Positions 12,729 to 25,397 of a stretch of DNA of 64,000 nucleotides are shown here, one piece after another. Origin of the DNA: Octopus sinensis (lineage: Eukaryota); assembly GCF_006345805.1 (NCBI RefSeq), contig NC_043000.1, positions 29,140,001 to 29,204,000 of the forward strand, in the 5' to 3' direction. Positions within the stretch are counted from its first letter, which is position 1, and each line of letters starts with the position of its first letter. The translations under genes were made by a program, and so were the position numbers. The notes under the pieces are model-generated. The model saw only the letters and a program-made list of their open reading frames with translations, was not told where the DNA came from and made no database searches.

Positions 12729-12986
12729 ATCCCCAATATAAATACTTCCGTAGATTTAACGGCAATAAAATATACCTTGTCTTTGAAATATGTATCTTGT
12801 GTTCACACTTCCCAGGTGCCATTAAAATAAAATAGCTACGGCCTTCTTAAGAAATTATTTTGCAACTAAATGCTTCCGGGCTCGGGCCCACTGCATTGCA
12901 CTTTGGGATGCCGTCGACTACAGCATTGGTTGACCAATGCCTTGAGTGAAAGTTAATAGATAGTAACTATAGTGTGTGCAACCCGC

Positions 12987-13018
<32 letters not shown>

Positions 13019-13226
13019 TGCGCGCGCGTGTGTGTGTGTGTGTTTGTGTGCGTGCGGGCGTGCTGTTTAGAAACGCCGGCTATGGATTTGGGATTTCCAC
13101 TGTTCCAAAATCATCTGTAATAAGATAAGAAATTATGATAAATCTAAAATAAAAAAGATAACACTTGGACATAATTGGGCATTTAATGACACATGCATAA
13201 CAGAAAATCTGTTTCCCATATATACG

Positions 13227-13257
<31 letters not shown>

Positions 13258-13298
13258 CCGATGATGGCTTATCTGGCCGAAACTTCAAAGTCAGTGTC
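13258..13298 (+). ncRNA. Degenerate hammerhead (U4C, 5' strand of helix I replaced by (TG)n), family R3
   Basis: CCGATGA-tGGC...GGCC-GAAAC-TTCAAA-GTC/AGTGTC. Confidence 0.55.
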
Positions 13299-13532
13299 AA
13301 TAATGTTATTGTTTAAGAATAATAAATTTGTATCCCACAAAAGTATAGAATAATCCATCGGATTAATGTAAAATTGTTTTTATTATAACTGAACATAATA
13401 ATCAAATATACATATATATATATTATTATATAATATATATATATATATATATATATGCATACATATATATGTGTGCATACATATATGTATATGTATGTAT
13501 ATATATATATATACACATATATATATATGCAT

Positions 13533-13617
<85 letters not shown>

Positions 13618-13668
13618 ATATGTATGTATATATATATATATATTTGTATATGTATATATATGTATATA

Positions 13669-13733
<65 letters not shown>

Positions 13734-13736
<3 letters not shown>

Positions 13737-13932
13737 TGGTTTTCAACCAGGTTCCGCCAGTACAGTCCAGGGGTTCCGCAAGAAGTTACAAAACTGCTAA
13801 AATCGGCAGTAATTTTTAATTCTCCTGTGCAGATATGTGTGCATAAGACAATTAAATTATTGCACGGGGCTCCTCGAGCCAGTGGAATGTTTCCTTGGGG
13901 TTCCGCTCCAGCAAAAAGTTTGAAAAGCATGA
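13734..13932. mobile_element. hAT (Charlie-like) MITE inside a (TA)n tract
   Basis: CAGTGGTTTTCAAC left end and degenerate TTGAAAAGCATG right end. Confidence 0.7.
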
Positions 13933-13953
13933 TTGATATATATATATATATAT

Positions 13954-14017
<64 letters not shown>

Positions 14018-14150
14018 AATAATAAAATGGGGAGGATACAGAACGACATACATTATCCAGTAGACATTCCAATGTGTCTATTTATTCAAAAGCATTAGAA
14101 AGTATTTGAAGAAAACATACACATGTAGTAATTATGTGTTACACACACAT

Positions 14151-14534
14151 GTGTTAATATTACAGAGAAGAGCAAAAGATCAGTAACTTACGGCCGTTTC
14201 TGCCAAGAGGCAACGAAATCCTCCATGCCATCTCCATCTCTTCAGTATTCTGTAGGGATGGGCAGATACAGTTTGGATGTGCTAATATTACAGAAAAGAG
14301 CAAAAGATCAGTTACTTACGGCCGTTTCTGACAAGAGGCAACGATATTCTCCAAGCCATCTCCATCACTTCAGTATTCTGTAGGGATGGGCAGATACAGT
14401 TTGGATGTGTTAATATTACAGAAAAGAGCAAAAGATCAGTTACTTACGGCCGTTTCTGACAAGAGGCAACGATATTCTCCAAGCCATCTCAATCACTTCA
14501 GTATTCTATAGGGAAGGGCAGATACAGTTTGGAT
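14151..14534 (-). repeat. 3 x 128-bp tandem repeat, each unit carrying an HHR-like motif
   Basis: Units start at 14151, 14279 and 14407; minus strand reads CTGAAG...GAA-ACGGCCGT-A. Confidence 0.9.
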
Positions 14535-14832
14535 GATGAATGCGTCTCTAGGCTTCAACAGAGGGTCTAATTGGTTAGGATGGCTAATACATATGATAAA
14601 CAGTTAACAATAGGTGCAGTGTATCTGCAACCATATCTTTGCCATATACCACCCCTTGCACTTTATGCCCTGGTTCTTCCCAACCTAACTAATATGCGAT
14701 TTACTTTTTTCCAGGTAGATACTTACATATTCTTTTGAGTGTATGTATGTGTGTACGAACATATGCATGTATGTTGCGTGTGCGGATGTATATATGTATG
14801 TATACATGTATGTGTGTATCTATGTATGTACA

Positions 14833-14863
<31 letters not shown>

Positions 14864-15119
14864 TATATATATATATATGTACATACATATATATATGCAT
14901 ACATATATGTATGTATTTTCTCGCCCCTCCTTAATTCTTTTATCCCTCTGCCTCTACCTCTCTCTCTTCTCTCCCCACGTGACCGGTGTTCAGCCAAGCC
15001 TAACCTTTCTTTCTTGGTTCGACTACCAGCCGTGCCACATCTATATTCCTCCCTGTGCCTGTCAAATCTTATGTCCCTACCGTAAGGCTTTACTTCCACA
15101 CACGCCAGCTTAATTTAAT

Positions 15120-15416
15120 TCGTCCTTAGTCAAAAGACACCCGTTGTCAATGTCCTGTTATTTTTATGTCTGTACCATTTCTCCGTTTGGTCCCGTCCTT
15201 GGTTTCGTATATATTCACTGCTTTATTCCAAGGAATCTAGTGTTCTTAGCTTAGTTTTTCCTTGGGGCTGGCCAGATTGGAGCAATTTCGACTATAACCA
15301 GCCGAAATTGTAAAGATAATCTGGAACTCGACTGAGGAAAGAAAACTCCGAATGACCCGTACTCTTTTTCTTTGTATCGTCAGTCTGGATGTTTTGCTGT
15401 TCTACTTTTGTATTTG

Positions 15417-15420
<4 letters not shown>
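15120..15420 (+). mobile_element. Family Z repeat
   Basis: Homology to 11775 and 19270 copies. Confidence 0.7.
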
Positions 15421-15460
<40 letters not shown>

Positions 15461-15467
15461 ATATCCG

Positions 15468-15860
15468 GAATGGCTGTGTAGTAAGATGCTTGCTTCCCAG
15501 CCACATAGTTTCGGGTTCAGTCCCACTATGTGGCACCTTGGGAAAGCGTTTTCTACTATAGCCTCGGTCCGACCATAACCTTGTGAGTGGATTTGGTAGA
15601 CGGAAACTTAAAGAAGTCTTTCATATATATGTGCGTGTGTGTGTGTGCGTATTTGTGTGTTTGTTTGTCCCTCCTCCACCATTGCTTGACAACCAATGTT
15701 AGTGTGTTTACGTGTCTGCGCCCTAGCAGTTCGGCAAAAGAGACCGATAGAATAAGTACTCGGCTTGCAAAGAATAAGTTTTGGGGTCGATTTGTTCAAC
15801 TAAAAACAGTACTCCAGCATGGCCAGAATCAAATGACTGAAATGTAAATGAATACAAGAA
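15468..15860 (+). mobile_element. SINE family B, full length
   Basis: Matches the 6627 copy. Confidence 0.88.
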
Positions 15861-15899
15861 TATATATATATATGTATGTATGTATATTATATATATATA

Positions 15900-15934
<35 letters not shown>

Positions 15935-16495
15935 GCTGTCTTTATGTTGATACATCTTCAAAACCAAATGTCCTTATGAATAATATGTCTTACAGTTCGT
16001 CAAACATATATCGATAAAAAATGTACCAGTCTTTTAAGTAAGTACCGAGGTCGATATATACCATATAAACCCTTGAAGACTGATGCTCTGGCATGGTTGC
16101 AACCTAATAACAGAAAGAAATATTTACCATAATAATATAATAATATATTGCTTCTGGTATACGCGAAGTCTTCATTTTTTACAAGAAAATGGAAACGGGA
16201 ATATACAATGCATTTACACTTCCCACAAAACACACCAATATTCATATCCCTTAAGGCTTCATAACCGTTGCGTAATATCATTTGCCCTCCTTTTATTAAT
16301 GTTTTGGCACCATGCCGAAATCAGATATTAACATTACGCGTATAATAAGATGGGTAGTTTGGCAGAAACTGAATGGAAGAACGTCTTAAAGTATTTTAGA
16401 TTTTTCATTCTGCATTCTAAATTCATATCTTACAGAGGTCAACATTGCCTGGCACCTCTCCGAGGTTGCAACAAAAGAAAATATTGAAGAAGAAC

Positions 16496-16571
<76 letters not shown>

Positions 16572-16701
16572 CAAAATAGCCTGTGAAACCCCTTCCTCCG
16601 TTCAGTTGACTATATAATTTTTCCTGTTTCTCAGCTATAAAAATATTATTTGTCTTATCTTATTTCGCAATAATAAATTATTTTTATTACTACTATTATT
16701 A

Positions 16702-16748
<47 letters not shown>

Positions 16749-16774
16749 TTATTATTATTATTATTATTATTAAT

Positions 16775-17093
16775 GAGTGAGAGAGCAGTGCATGCCATCA
16801 AAGTGACACTGGGGTAAAATATACGAAGCCCAGTATACCCATCATGACTACCCGTCTGATAAGGGTACACTAGGCACATGCATCACAACCATATGTGCGC
16901 GACATGGTGATCTAATATCAAGATAAACAGCACATGACCTTGCAGGTGGGGCCCAGTTAGCATTTTCTTCTGGTCGAGTAACACATCCCGCTCAAAAGGT
17001 CGCTGAATAAGGGTTGTTTAAGGATGTTGAATGAAACACCATGTTTCCTGAGATGAATTATTCAAAACCCAAAGAACCCTCTCAACCACATGG

Positions 17094-17097
<4 letters not shown>
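16775..17097 (-). mobile_element. Truncated copy of the (TAA)n-embedded ~555-bp element
   Basis: Near-identical to 49377-49700; abuts (TTA)n. Confidence 0.85.
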
Positions 17098-17136
<39 letters not shown>

Positions 17137-17275
17137 AAATTATAAGTATATGAAAGATGGAGTTGAACGACTAGTTACCATATGTTTCGAAGGCTGCATA
17201 TTCCTAATTCCGAATTTGCTACCCAGGTATCGGTTATCTTTCGAATTATCTTAATAAGATAATAATTCAATTACT

Positions 17276-17312
<37 letters not shown>

Positions 17313-17497
17313 CAGTGTACATTAAACACATAAGAGGTGTCCATGATAGGATTCCTTTCACGCTAGAAGGAACAGCTAAAGTCCAACCCACTATTACGGA
17401 TAAAACCTCGAAGGGAATGAATAATAAAAACATCTACCATCTATCTCTGGACTATGGTTTCAGACAAATAAAATAATTTGCTAAGCGAAGTCTATTA

Positions 17498-17546
<49 letters not shown>

Positions 17547-17672
17547 TATATATTATATATATATATATAAATCCAAAAGAAAGAAACGAAGAACAAACAC
17601 ACACAAAAAAACAACGTGAGAACGTGGTACATGTAAAGTATTAATAGATACTCAGGGAAGGAAAGAAAAGTG

Positions 17673-17707
17673 GTTTTACCTTTCGAGCAAAACTCTTCGT
17701 CAGAAAC
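17673..17707 (-). ncRNA. Minimal hammerhead, family X (helix III mutated ACGT>AGGT)
   Basis: GTTT-CTGACGA-aGAGttttgCTC-GAA-AGGT-A/AAAC; host repeat ~17555-17790. Confidence 0.7.
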
Positions 17708-17830
17708 AGAAGTAAGTCCAGCAGAAAAGGAAGACGAAGGGAAAAAAATCGCATATTTTATCAAGTAGCCAGCATGTAATAAAACCATTTAGATTACAAT
17801 TAATACAAAATATATAACCATATAATTGCA

Positions 17831-18208
17831 ATTATAATAAGGGCACCAATGAGTAACTCCACGTGCTAGAAATAGACGCCGAATGGCTCTAAGAACGACA
17901 TTATTTACCGCATTGGCATAGGCTGAAAGCGAGGGAAGTGAATAAAAAAGATCTTTTAAACAGAGTTTCACCTTAGATCGATTTCTAGTTTAGGTCTGTA
18001 ACTCCCTTTGCCGTCATCGGTATGATACAACTCAGTGTACATAACTATAAGCATTCATACACGACCATACGTATATCACATATCCACCAGCGCGTATATG
18101 AATATTCATATCTATATACAAGCAAATGAGACAAATAATGTAGTTCTTAGAGACGTTCGGTGTCTATTTCTAGGAGGTGGCGCTGCTCATTAGCACCCTT
18201 ATTATAAT
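17831..18208. mobile_element. Fold-back element with 76-bp imperfect arms enclosing an HHR-like motif
   Basis: Arms 17831-17906 and 18133-18208. Confidence 0.75.
17970..18026 (-). ncRNA. Degenerate hammerhead (U4C)
   Basis: ATCATA-CCGATGA-...-GAA-ATCGAT-C/TAAGGT; helix I 5 of 6 pairs, weak helix II. Confidence 0.45.
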
Positions 18209-18264
18209 TATAATTATATAATTATATACTTTGTGTGTGTGTATATGTATAAATATATATGCAT

Positions 18265-18296
<32 letters not shown>

Positions 18297-18437
18297 CACC
18301 ACACACACACATATACGTTTTGAGTTCTATTTCCCCTTTATATCACCAAATCCCTCCTCTCTCTTCTCTCTCTTTTTCTCTCGCTCTTTCATTCTGTATC
18401 TGTCATTTGATACATATATATATATATTTTATATATA

Positions 18438-18490
<53 letters not shown>

Positions 18491-18583
18491 TATAAATTAT
18501 AATATCTATATATATATAAATATGATATATATATATATATATATAAATATATAAATATATAAATATATATATAAATATATATA

Positions 18584-19115
18584 CTATTTAATTTTTTCCC
18601 ACTAGGCCGAAATTTTTTGCCACCCTATATTGATTAATTATGAATTTTCTGGTTAATTCCGTAATGGAATCGGCGGCTTATATTTGCTGCGATAAATTTG
18701 GCGCGAGTGCGATGATTTGAAAATTTTAGGTCAGATATTGCCGAGGCAGGGATAGAGATGCCTCGTGATAATATCTGCTCGGACCTGGCTGTTTCTTACT
18801 GACGAATCTATCGGACTATGGAAGATTGGCTTGATTTAATTTAATCAGGTTAGTTTACCATTAAACAATAGATGAAACGGTGCATCGTATAAGAAATTAC
18901 AGGGTAATGTTTTTTTAATTTTCTCCTGGTTTGCGGAATTATGTTATTTGCGGTTGAAGCTTTGGCTGTTATTTCTAGTGGGTGAATGGCCTATTATGGC
19001 CATTCCTTGATTGTGATGTTGACTTATAATGGTCTATGACTATTTAATTTTTTCCCACTAGGCCGCTGGTGGCAAATAAATTCTACGAAATTTTTTGCCA
19101 CCCTATATGAGTTAA

Positions 19116-19120
<5 letters not shown>
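18584..19120 (+). mobile_element. TA-flanked element with direct terminal repeats (456-bp period) and a central HHR
   Basis: CTATTTAATTTTTTCCCACTAGGCCG...AAATTTTTTGCCACCCTATAT at 18584 and 19040. Confidence 0.85.
18792..18896 (+). ncRNA. Type I hammerhead ribozyme, fully canonical core, 56-nt hairpin inserted in helix II
   Basis: TTTCTTA-CTGACGA-ATCTAT[56 nt]ATAGAT-GAAAC-GGTGCATC-GTA/TAAGAAA: 7-bp helix I, 6-bp helix II base, near-palindromic helix III; site after 18889. Confidence 0.92.
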
Positions 19121-19150
<30 letters not shown>

Positions 19151-19186
19151 TATATATATATGTATATATATATAAGATTATATAAT

Positions 19187-19269
<83 letters not shown>

Positions 19270-19275
<6 letters not shown>

Positions 19276-19428
19276 CAAAATGGGCAAGAACGCAAAACAT
19301 CCGGACAACTAGTATACAAAAAGGGACAACAAAACATCCAGATAGAGGATACAAGAAAATAAGGTCGGGTCATTCGGGGTTTTCTATCTTTCAGTCAAGA
19401 ACCAGATTATCCTCGCAATTTCGGCTGA
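19270..19428 (-). mobile_element. Family Z repeat, 3' part
   Basis: Homology to 11775 and 15120 copies. Confidence 0.7.
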
Positions 19429-19436
19429 TATATATA

Positions 19437-19525
<89 letters not shown>

Positions 19526-19841
19526 TATATACATACGTATATGTACATACTTACATCTTTATGCATAATTATTTGCATATCTGGGCACATGGTCACGAAA
19601 CGTGTACAACAAAAAAATTTTTTTGAAGTACGAGTATATGGAGTATGAACTATTTTTTCGAACAACGAAAGACACAAATGGAAAACAAGCCAAACAACAT
19701 AAAGAACGACTCTTCATCAATTGTTGGCTGCTTATCTATTCTCACACATACACACACGCACGCACACACACACACACACGCACGCACACACACACACACA
19801 CACGCACGCACACACACACACGCACGCACACACACACACAC

Positions 19842-19888
<47 letters not shown>

Positions 19889-19965
19889 CACACACACTAG
19901 TACACCCTTGTATATATGTATATATCATAAATGTATACTAAACGAATACATACACTTACATACGC

Positions 19966-19997
<32 letters not shown>

Positions 19998-20583
19998 TCA
20001 CATATACACTTACATGCATATACACATATACATTGCCACTCATACACAACATAAACGCATTGATTTTGATGCATACATACCCACGCATACATTTATATGA
20101 TGAAGTTTGAAAACATTCGTTGGTACTACATTATGGCTTCTGAAGGAAAATGCTTCTTTCGTCCTAAAAAGCTAATGTAATATATATATATACAACAACG
20201 AGAAATCTAGAATTTGCAATTTCCTGAATGTAGTACAAGAATCCGCTTGGCAGCCAAGTCTTGTTCACCATTTATTTACACGACCTTCCCACAAATTCAC
20301 AAAACACACGGTCTCTTACTTGGTTTGTGATATAGATACATCTTCACTCCATTGTCCAGGAACACCTCCACGACTACTTCAAACCTTTATTGATCACCTA
20401 AGCGTAAAATAACAAGCACTAAATCAACCGTGTCGCCTTTTTTACCACCAACACTAGAGAACGTTAAAAACAATCAACCACTGCAATCAACGATAGAAAT
20501 ACGCATGCACGCGGACGCACACGTGCACACACATGCACACACACCGAAGACTGTAATACGAGTTACATGATACATTATTGGCG

Positions 20584-20790
20584 TCAAATTTTAGCACAAG
20601 GCCAGCAATTTCAGGGAAGGGGAATAATCGATTACATCGATCCCAGTGTTCAGCTGGTATTTATTTTATCGACCCCGAAAGGATGAAAGGCAAAATCGAT
20701 CCCGGCGGCATTTGAACTCAGAACGTAAAGACGGACGACATACCGCTAAGCATTTAGTCCGGCGTGCTAATGATTCTACCAGCTAGCCCC
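20584..20790 (-). mobile_element. SINE family A copy
   Basis: Family match. Confidence 0.85.
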
Positions 20791-21263
20791 ACTTTAGTTA
20801 CATGCTTCTTTATTATTATCTGTATATATAAAGGCAGGATGTATGTGTGTGTGTGCAAGCAAGCGCGTGTGTGTGTACGTGAATGTGATTTATGCACGTC
20901 CACAAATTAGCACGCATGTCGCTCCAATTTTAGGAGGACATTCGTCATGATCCTAGCTGTATTTTCGTCAACTTATTTTTAACAGAGGCAGCAGCGAATA
21001 GCAGTAAAAATAAATTTACAACCACAACTTTTAACAATTTTCAAGTCGGAGAAATCACCATTGTTTGCAAACAGTAGTTAAGCTTGCTTCTCAGCCATAT
21101 GGTTCCGGGTTGGAACCTTGGGCAAATGTCTTCTACTATAGCCTCAAGTGTTTTGTTAATATACGGGTAACACACAGAGACACACACACGAACATGCATG
21201 CATACAAAGAACATGTATGCAATAGGTGTGCGTACATACGTGTGTGTATGTTGTGTGTGTTGC

Positions 21264-21322
<59 letters not shown>

Positions 21323-21361
21323 GAGCTGGGGTTAGTCTTGCGGTTTGCATCTCGAGGACCG

Positions 21362-21433
21362 AATGTATGATGAAGTCACGGACACTATTATGCAAGTAAT
21401 TTTTTTGTTAAGACCGAAACCGAGGTATACATT
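21362..21433 (+). ncRNA. Hammerhead with long helix II loop, C3 deleted
   Basis: AATGTA-TGATGA-aGTC...GACc-GAAAC-CGAG-GTA/TACATT; host element ~21340-21705. Confidence 0.7.
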
Positions 21434-21869
21434 TAAGTCTGTTTTTTATTTAATTTTTCATATGTCCTGCCCGCCAAAGTGGTTCTGGTGTTCGCTGAAT
21501 TCTTCCTCTAGAGAATTTCCCTTGTAGTTTGATCGTTGATGATCTTCTTCTGGCATTTGGCCGGCTACCTAGCAGGCCAGCCCTGCCAATATACACATAT
21601 ATTTGAATTTTCTCTGACTCCTCAGATTTTTTGAATGCTGGACTACTGGTTTTAAATTGATATTAAAATTAATATTAATTTATCTCCCTCATATTTAAAT
21701 ATTTAAATAAATACGTTCCCTAGTTGTAAGCACTACCCGCAGTGAATTATTCACTGCAGCCCTTCGCTTCAGGAGTCTCTTAGCGCGCCAGAACCAAGAC
21801 ATTTGAAATTTTATCCCGATGTAATCAGTAAGACTAAGCACGTGTCTGTCTTGACACAGAGAGTTGGGG

Positions 21870-21969
21870 NNNNNNNNNNNNNNNNNNNNNNNNNNNNNNN
21901 NNNNNNNNNNNNNNNNNNNNNNNNNNNNNNNNNNNNNNNNNNNNNNNNNNNNNNNNNNNNNNNNNNNNN
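21870..21969. other. Assembly gap (100 N)
   Basis: Run of N. Confidence 1.
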
Positions 21970-22930
21970 TCACTAATGGATGCTAACGTTCCAGTGAGAA
22001 TAGTCAAAGCCATAGCTGACTTGACTTCATCGTGGGCCACCATCTTGAAATTAAAAACAAATAGTGACTGTATTATCACTGATAGGAAACAGTATCGCAG
22101 AGGCATATTCCAAGGAGACAGCCTCTTTGTGATGTTGTTTATACTTTCTATGAACCCCTTGTCATTCATGTTAAGAAAGTCTGAAGGATATCTCACTGGT
22201 TCACAAGGAAACAGAAATACCAAAATTACACACTGTTTCTTTATGGATGCCTTGAAACTTTATGCAAAGAATATGCACGAGATGAAAAAGGGCCTTGACC
22301 TAATGACAACATTCTCAAATGATGAAGGGTTGGAATTTGGTCAGGGTAAATGTTATATGGTTGTGAAAAAGGAAAACCTGTAAACCAGGCTAGCAACATC
22401 TCCATTAAAGATTTCACTGTTTCCCCTGTATCTGACAAGGAATGTTACAGTCATCTTAGGGTGGAGGAAAATATATCTTACAATGGCACCTGTAACAAAA
22501 CACGTGTCACTAAAGAATATTACAACCGAATAAAGATGATTTGGACCTCTCTGCATTCAATAAAGCAGTGGCCCACAATGTATTTGCAGAGCCTGTACTC
22601 ATACCAACATTTGGGCTGCTTGATTAGACACTTGAGATCCGAGCCAGTAATGTGAAAATCCTGAAAATATTAACAAGTACACATAATTTCCACTTAAACA
22701 GTGACGTAGACCGCCTCTAGCTAAAACGAAAGCAAGGCGGAAGAGACTTAACATCGATCCAAATTGTCTTTGAATGTCGCATCATATCCCTTCGGGAACA
22801 TCTTTTAACCACCAAGTGTCGAAGTGTATTTCTTGACCAAGTTTGCATACATGAAGCTGGGGACATCATAAGACTTCGAAGGCAGCTCCTTGAGCAGCAT
22901 TCCTTGTCTGATAACCTTAAATACGTGCGC
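21970..22930 (+). mobile_element. R4/Dong-type non-LTR retrotransposon, degraded RT fragment
   Basis: RRGIFQGDSL and HCFFMDALKLYA motifs (RT domains 4-5), then GGRG-like region and RIISLREHL; frameshifts. Confidence 0.85.
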
Positions 22931-23064
22931 AGAGGAAGAATTAAAAATTTGATTATTTAAATTTTGAATAAATAAAAAAACAAAAGAGAACATACATTGC
23001 ATCCAAGTAGATAAATAAACAGATAAACAGAAAATTGATAAATTGGGAGACAGAAAAAGAGAGC

Positions 23065-23104
<40 letters not shown>

Positions 23105-23797
23105 GAGAGAGAGAGGGCTTCTCTTGGCGTCTAGACGAACATAATACATAAATACATACATGCATACATACATGCATACACACACACACATGTATATTTA
23201 CATACAGACAGGCATACAGATGGACAGACAGATAGATAACTCAGCCGTGTGACAAGTAGGCAGACTCCAAAATGTCATAATTAATCAAATGTCGCCAGAT
23301 AAAATGGACGTCTGTTTGTGTGGTTTTCATTTTGTTTGTCCATCAGAGAAACATATTTCAACTACAATAGATTTGTTTACATAAAAGTAAAAGTAATCAC
23401 TGCCAACATGTTGCGTGATTGATGTTAGTGTGTAGACGTTGTGAGTGGTACTCACACACACGCACACACACACGACAATGTACATCCATATTCATACACA
23501 CTCACACACACACACTCCCACACGTCCATGAACAGCATACGTATATACATACGGGTCCACAACAACATATTCAAGGTGATATGCATTGCATACACGTACA
23601 CATACACGCGCACACACACACACACACAAACTCTTGAAATCTTGTATGCATATATGTGTTGTGTGTGTATGTGTATGCACATACGCGTGTGTGTATAGGC
23701 TGATAGATAGATATATGTGTATATATGTACGCATGTATGTATATATACATGTATCCATATACATGTAGTATACACACACATACATATGCATATATAC

Positions 23798-23843
<46 letters not shown>

Positions 23844-23974
23844 GTATATATATATATGTGTATTCCTTGATTCTTTTACATGTTTCTGCCTTGAGGCTGC
23901 GGCCATGCTGGGGCACTGCCATTGTGATCACCTTTTAATTAGCCAATTCTATGGGTTTGGCTTTTGGTGAAAGA

Positions 23975-24745
23975 GGGAGTTCGATATCGCTGCCCTCTTT
24001 TGAGTTTCCTGCCTTGATATTGGTTCATCTGGGATCTTGGATAGTAGGAAGTCAAGTTGTTTCTTGAAAACATATTACTCCCACTCCAAGGAGGTCTCTC
24101 AGGTGTTTTGGCAAGGAGTTAACTAGCTGTGGGCCCTTGCATTACATGGTCCTCGCCCTACTTTAAGACAGCTGGGATTTTTGGAACAGTGCAGTGACGA
24201 CCATTTCTAAATTTGGTATAACTCTCAATTCCAAAGTTTGGTGCCAGCCCCTCCGTTATCTTCCATGCATATATCACTGCGTACCTCTCCTGCACGCAGT
24301 GATATATGTACGCAGGGAGCAGAGTCGTAGCTCTTTCAGTCTCTTCCAGTAGCTCAGCTGTTCCATTGATGCAATCTTCCTCTTGTAGTTTCGCCGAACC
24401 ACCTCAAGTTCTGTTATTAATCCTACAGTATAGAGTAACCATAGTTGAGGACATTAGTCCAGACGGCTGAGGACAAATATCCTCCATAGGACCAGCATAG
24501 TTTACTGGTCCCTTGTTCTGAAGGTTCTCAGAATCCATCCGGCCATTTGGTGTACACTGCCACCATGTGAAATGAGGAATCGTTGCTCATATCAATCCCA
24601 AGATCACGCACCGTATGTGATTCTAGGATTTCCGCTCCTTTAGGCTCAAAATATCGCTTTTGTGACTTCTGAGCTCCAATAATCTGGTAGCGGAGGGCTT
24701 GGAATTTGCCTGCATTGAATTGCATACATTCCTCCACCCTCACTA
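23975..24745 (-). mobile_element. CR1/L2-type LINE, degraded 3' ORF2 fragment
   Basis: MQFNAGKFQAL, VRDLGIDMSNDSSF and WKRLKELRL...ERYAVIYAWKI motifs. Confidence 0.75.
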
Positions 24746-25079
24746 GAAAAATGTACACATCTTCACTCGCATCCTTATGTGCGTGCATAAGGGTATGTGC
24801 GTATATAAACGTGGTTTACTCTTTGTATACTCCCTAATGCCTTTTTTCTGTATTGTTGCCCTTAACCCTGTTTTTTCTTGTGCTTGTGCGTATGTAGACG
24901 TATGTATGAACTTTTACGGTGCGCGCGTGTGTGTGGTTTTGTATGTATATGCATATACATTTGGCGAAGGATGCGAGTGAAGATGTGTACGTTTTTCTAG
25001 TGAGGGTGGAGGAATGTATGCGTACGCACGTGGGTTAGCGGGCGCACATGTGTAGGTATAAACAGGTGCGCTTACTCGA

Positions 25080-25343
25080 ATACTATGAACTTTTTACCTC
25101 CTTACCTTACTTAACGGTCATTCGAATAGCGCTTTTGTCTTAATAGCGGTCAATAACACAGTAATTTCCCTTTGTATAATGGTCATTTTTCATAGCGTTT
25201 TTCCGACGGCCGGATAACTGAAGAGATGGTGGCGTTTTATCTTGGCTACCGAATAATTGTCACATATTACCGTTACAGATAAATTCCTCTATTTACATAA
25301 TATTGAGGGATTTTTCTTTCTTTTGTTATCTTACCGTTTTTAT

Positions 25344-25350
<7 letters not shown>
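25080..25350 (+). mobile_element. HHR-family repeat with ribozyme internally deleted (sibling of 48140)
   Basis: GATAA-CTGAAGA-GATGGTG joined directly to GTTTTATC; 3' tail matches 48205-48300. Confidence 0.7.

Positions 25351-25397
<47 letters not shown>

Noticed and set aside
14151-14534. CRISPR-like array (also considered for 3161-3726 and 43580-43960)
   Set aside because: Whole units are repeated with no unique spacers, the context is eukaryotic, and there are no cas genes.
21695-22223. ORFs spanning the N run
   Set aside because: Artefacts of translating through the assembly gap.
22805-22930. Minus-strand exon VIRQGMLLKELPSK...
   Set aside because: The plus-strand frame continues the R4/Dong ORF, so this is antisense LINE sequence.
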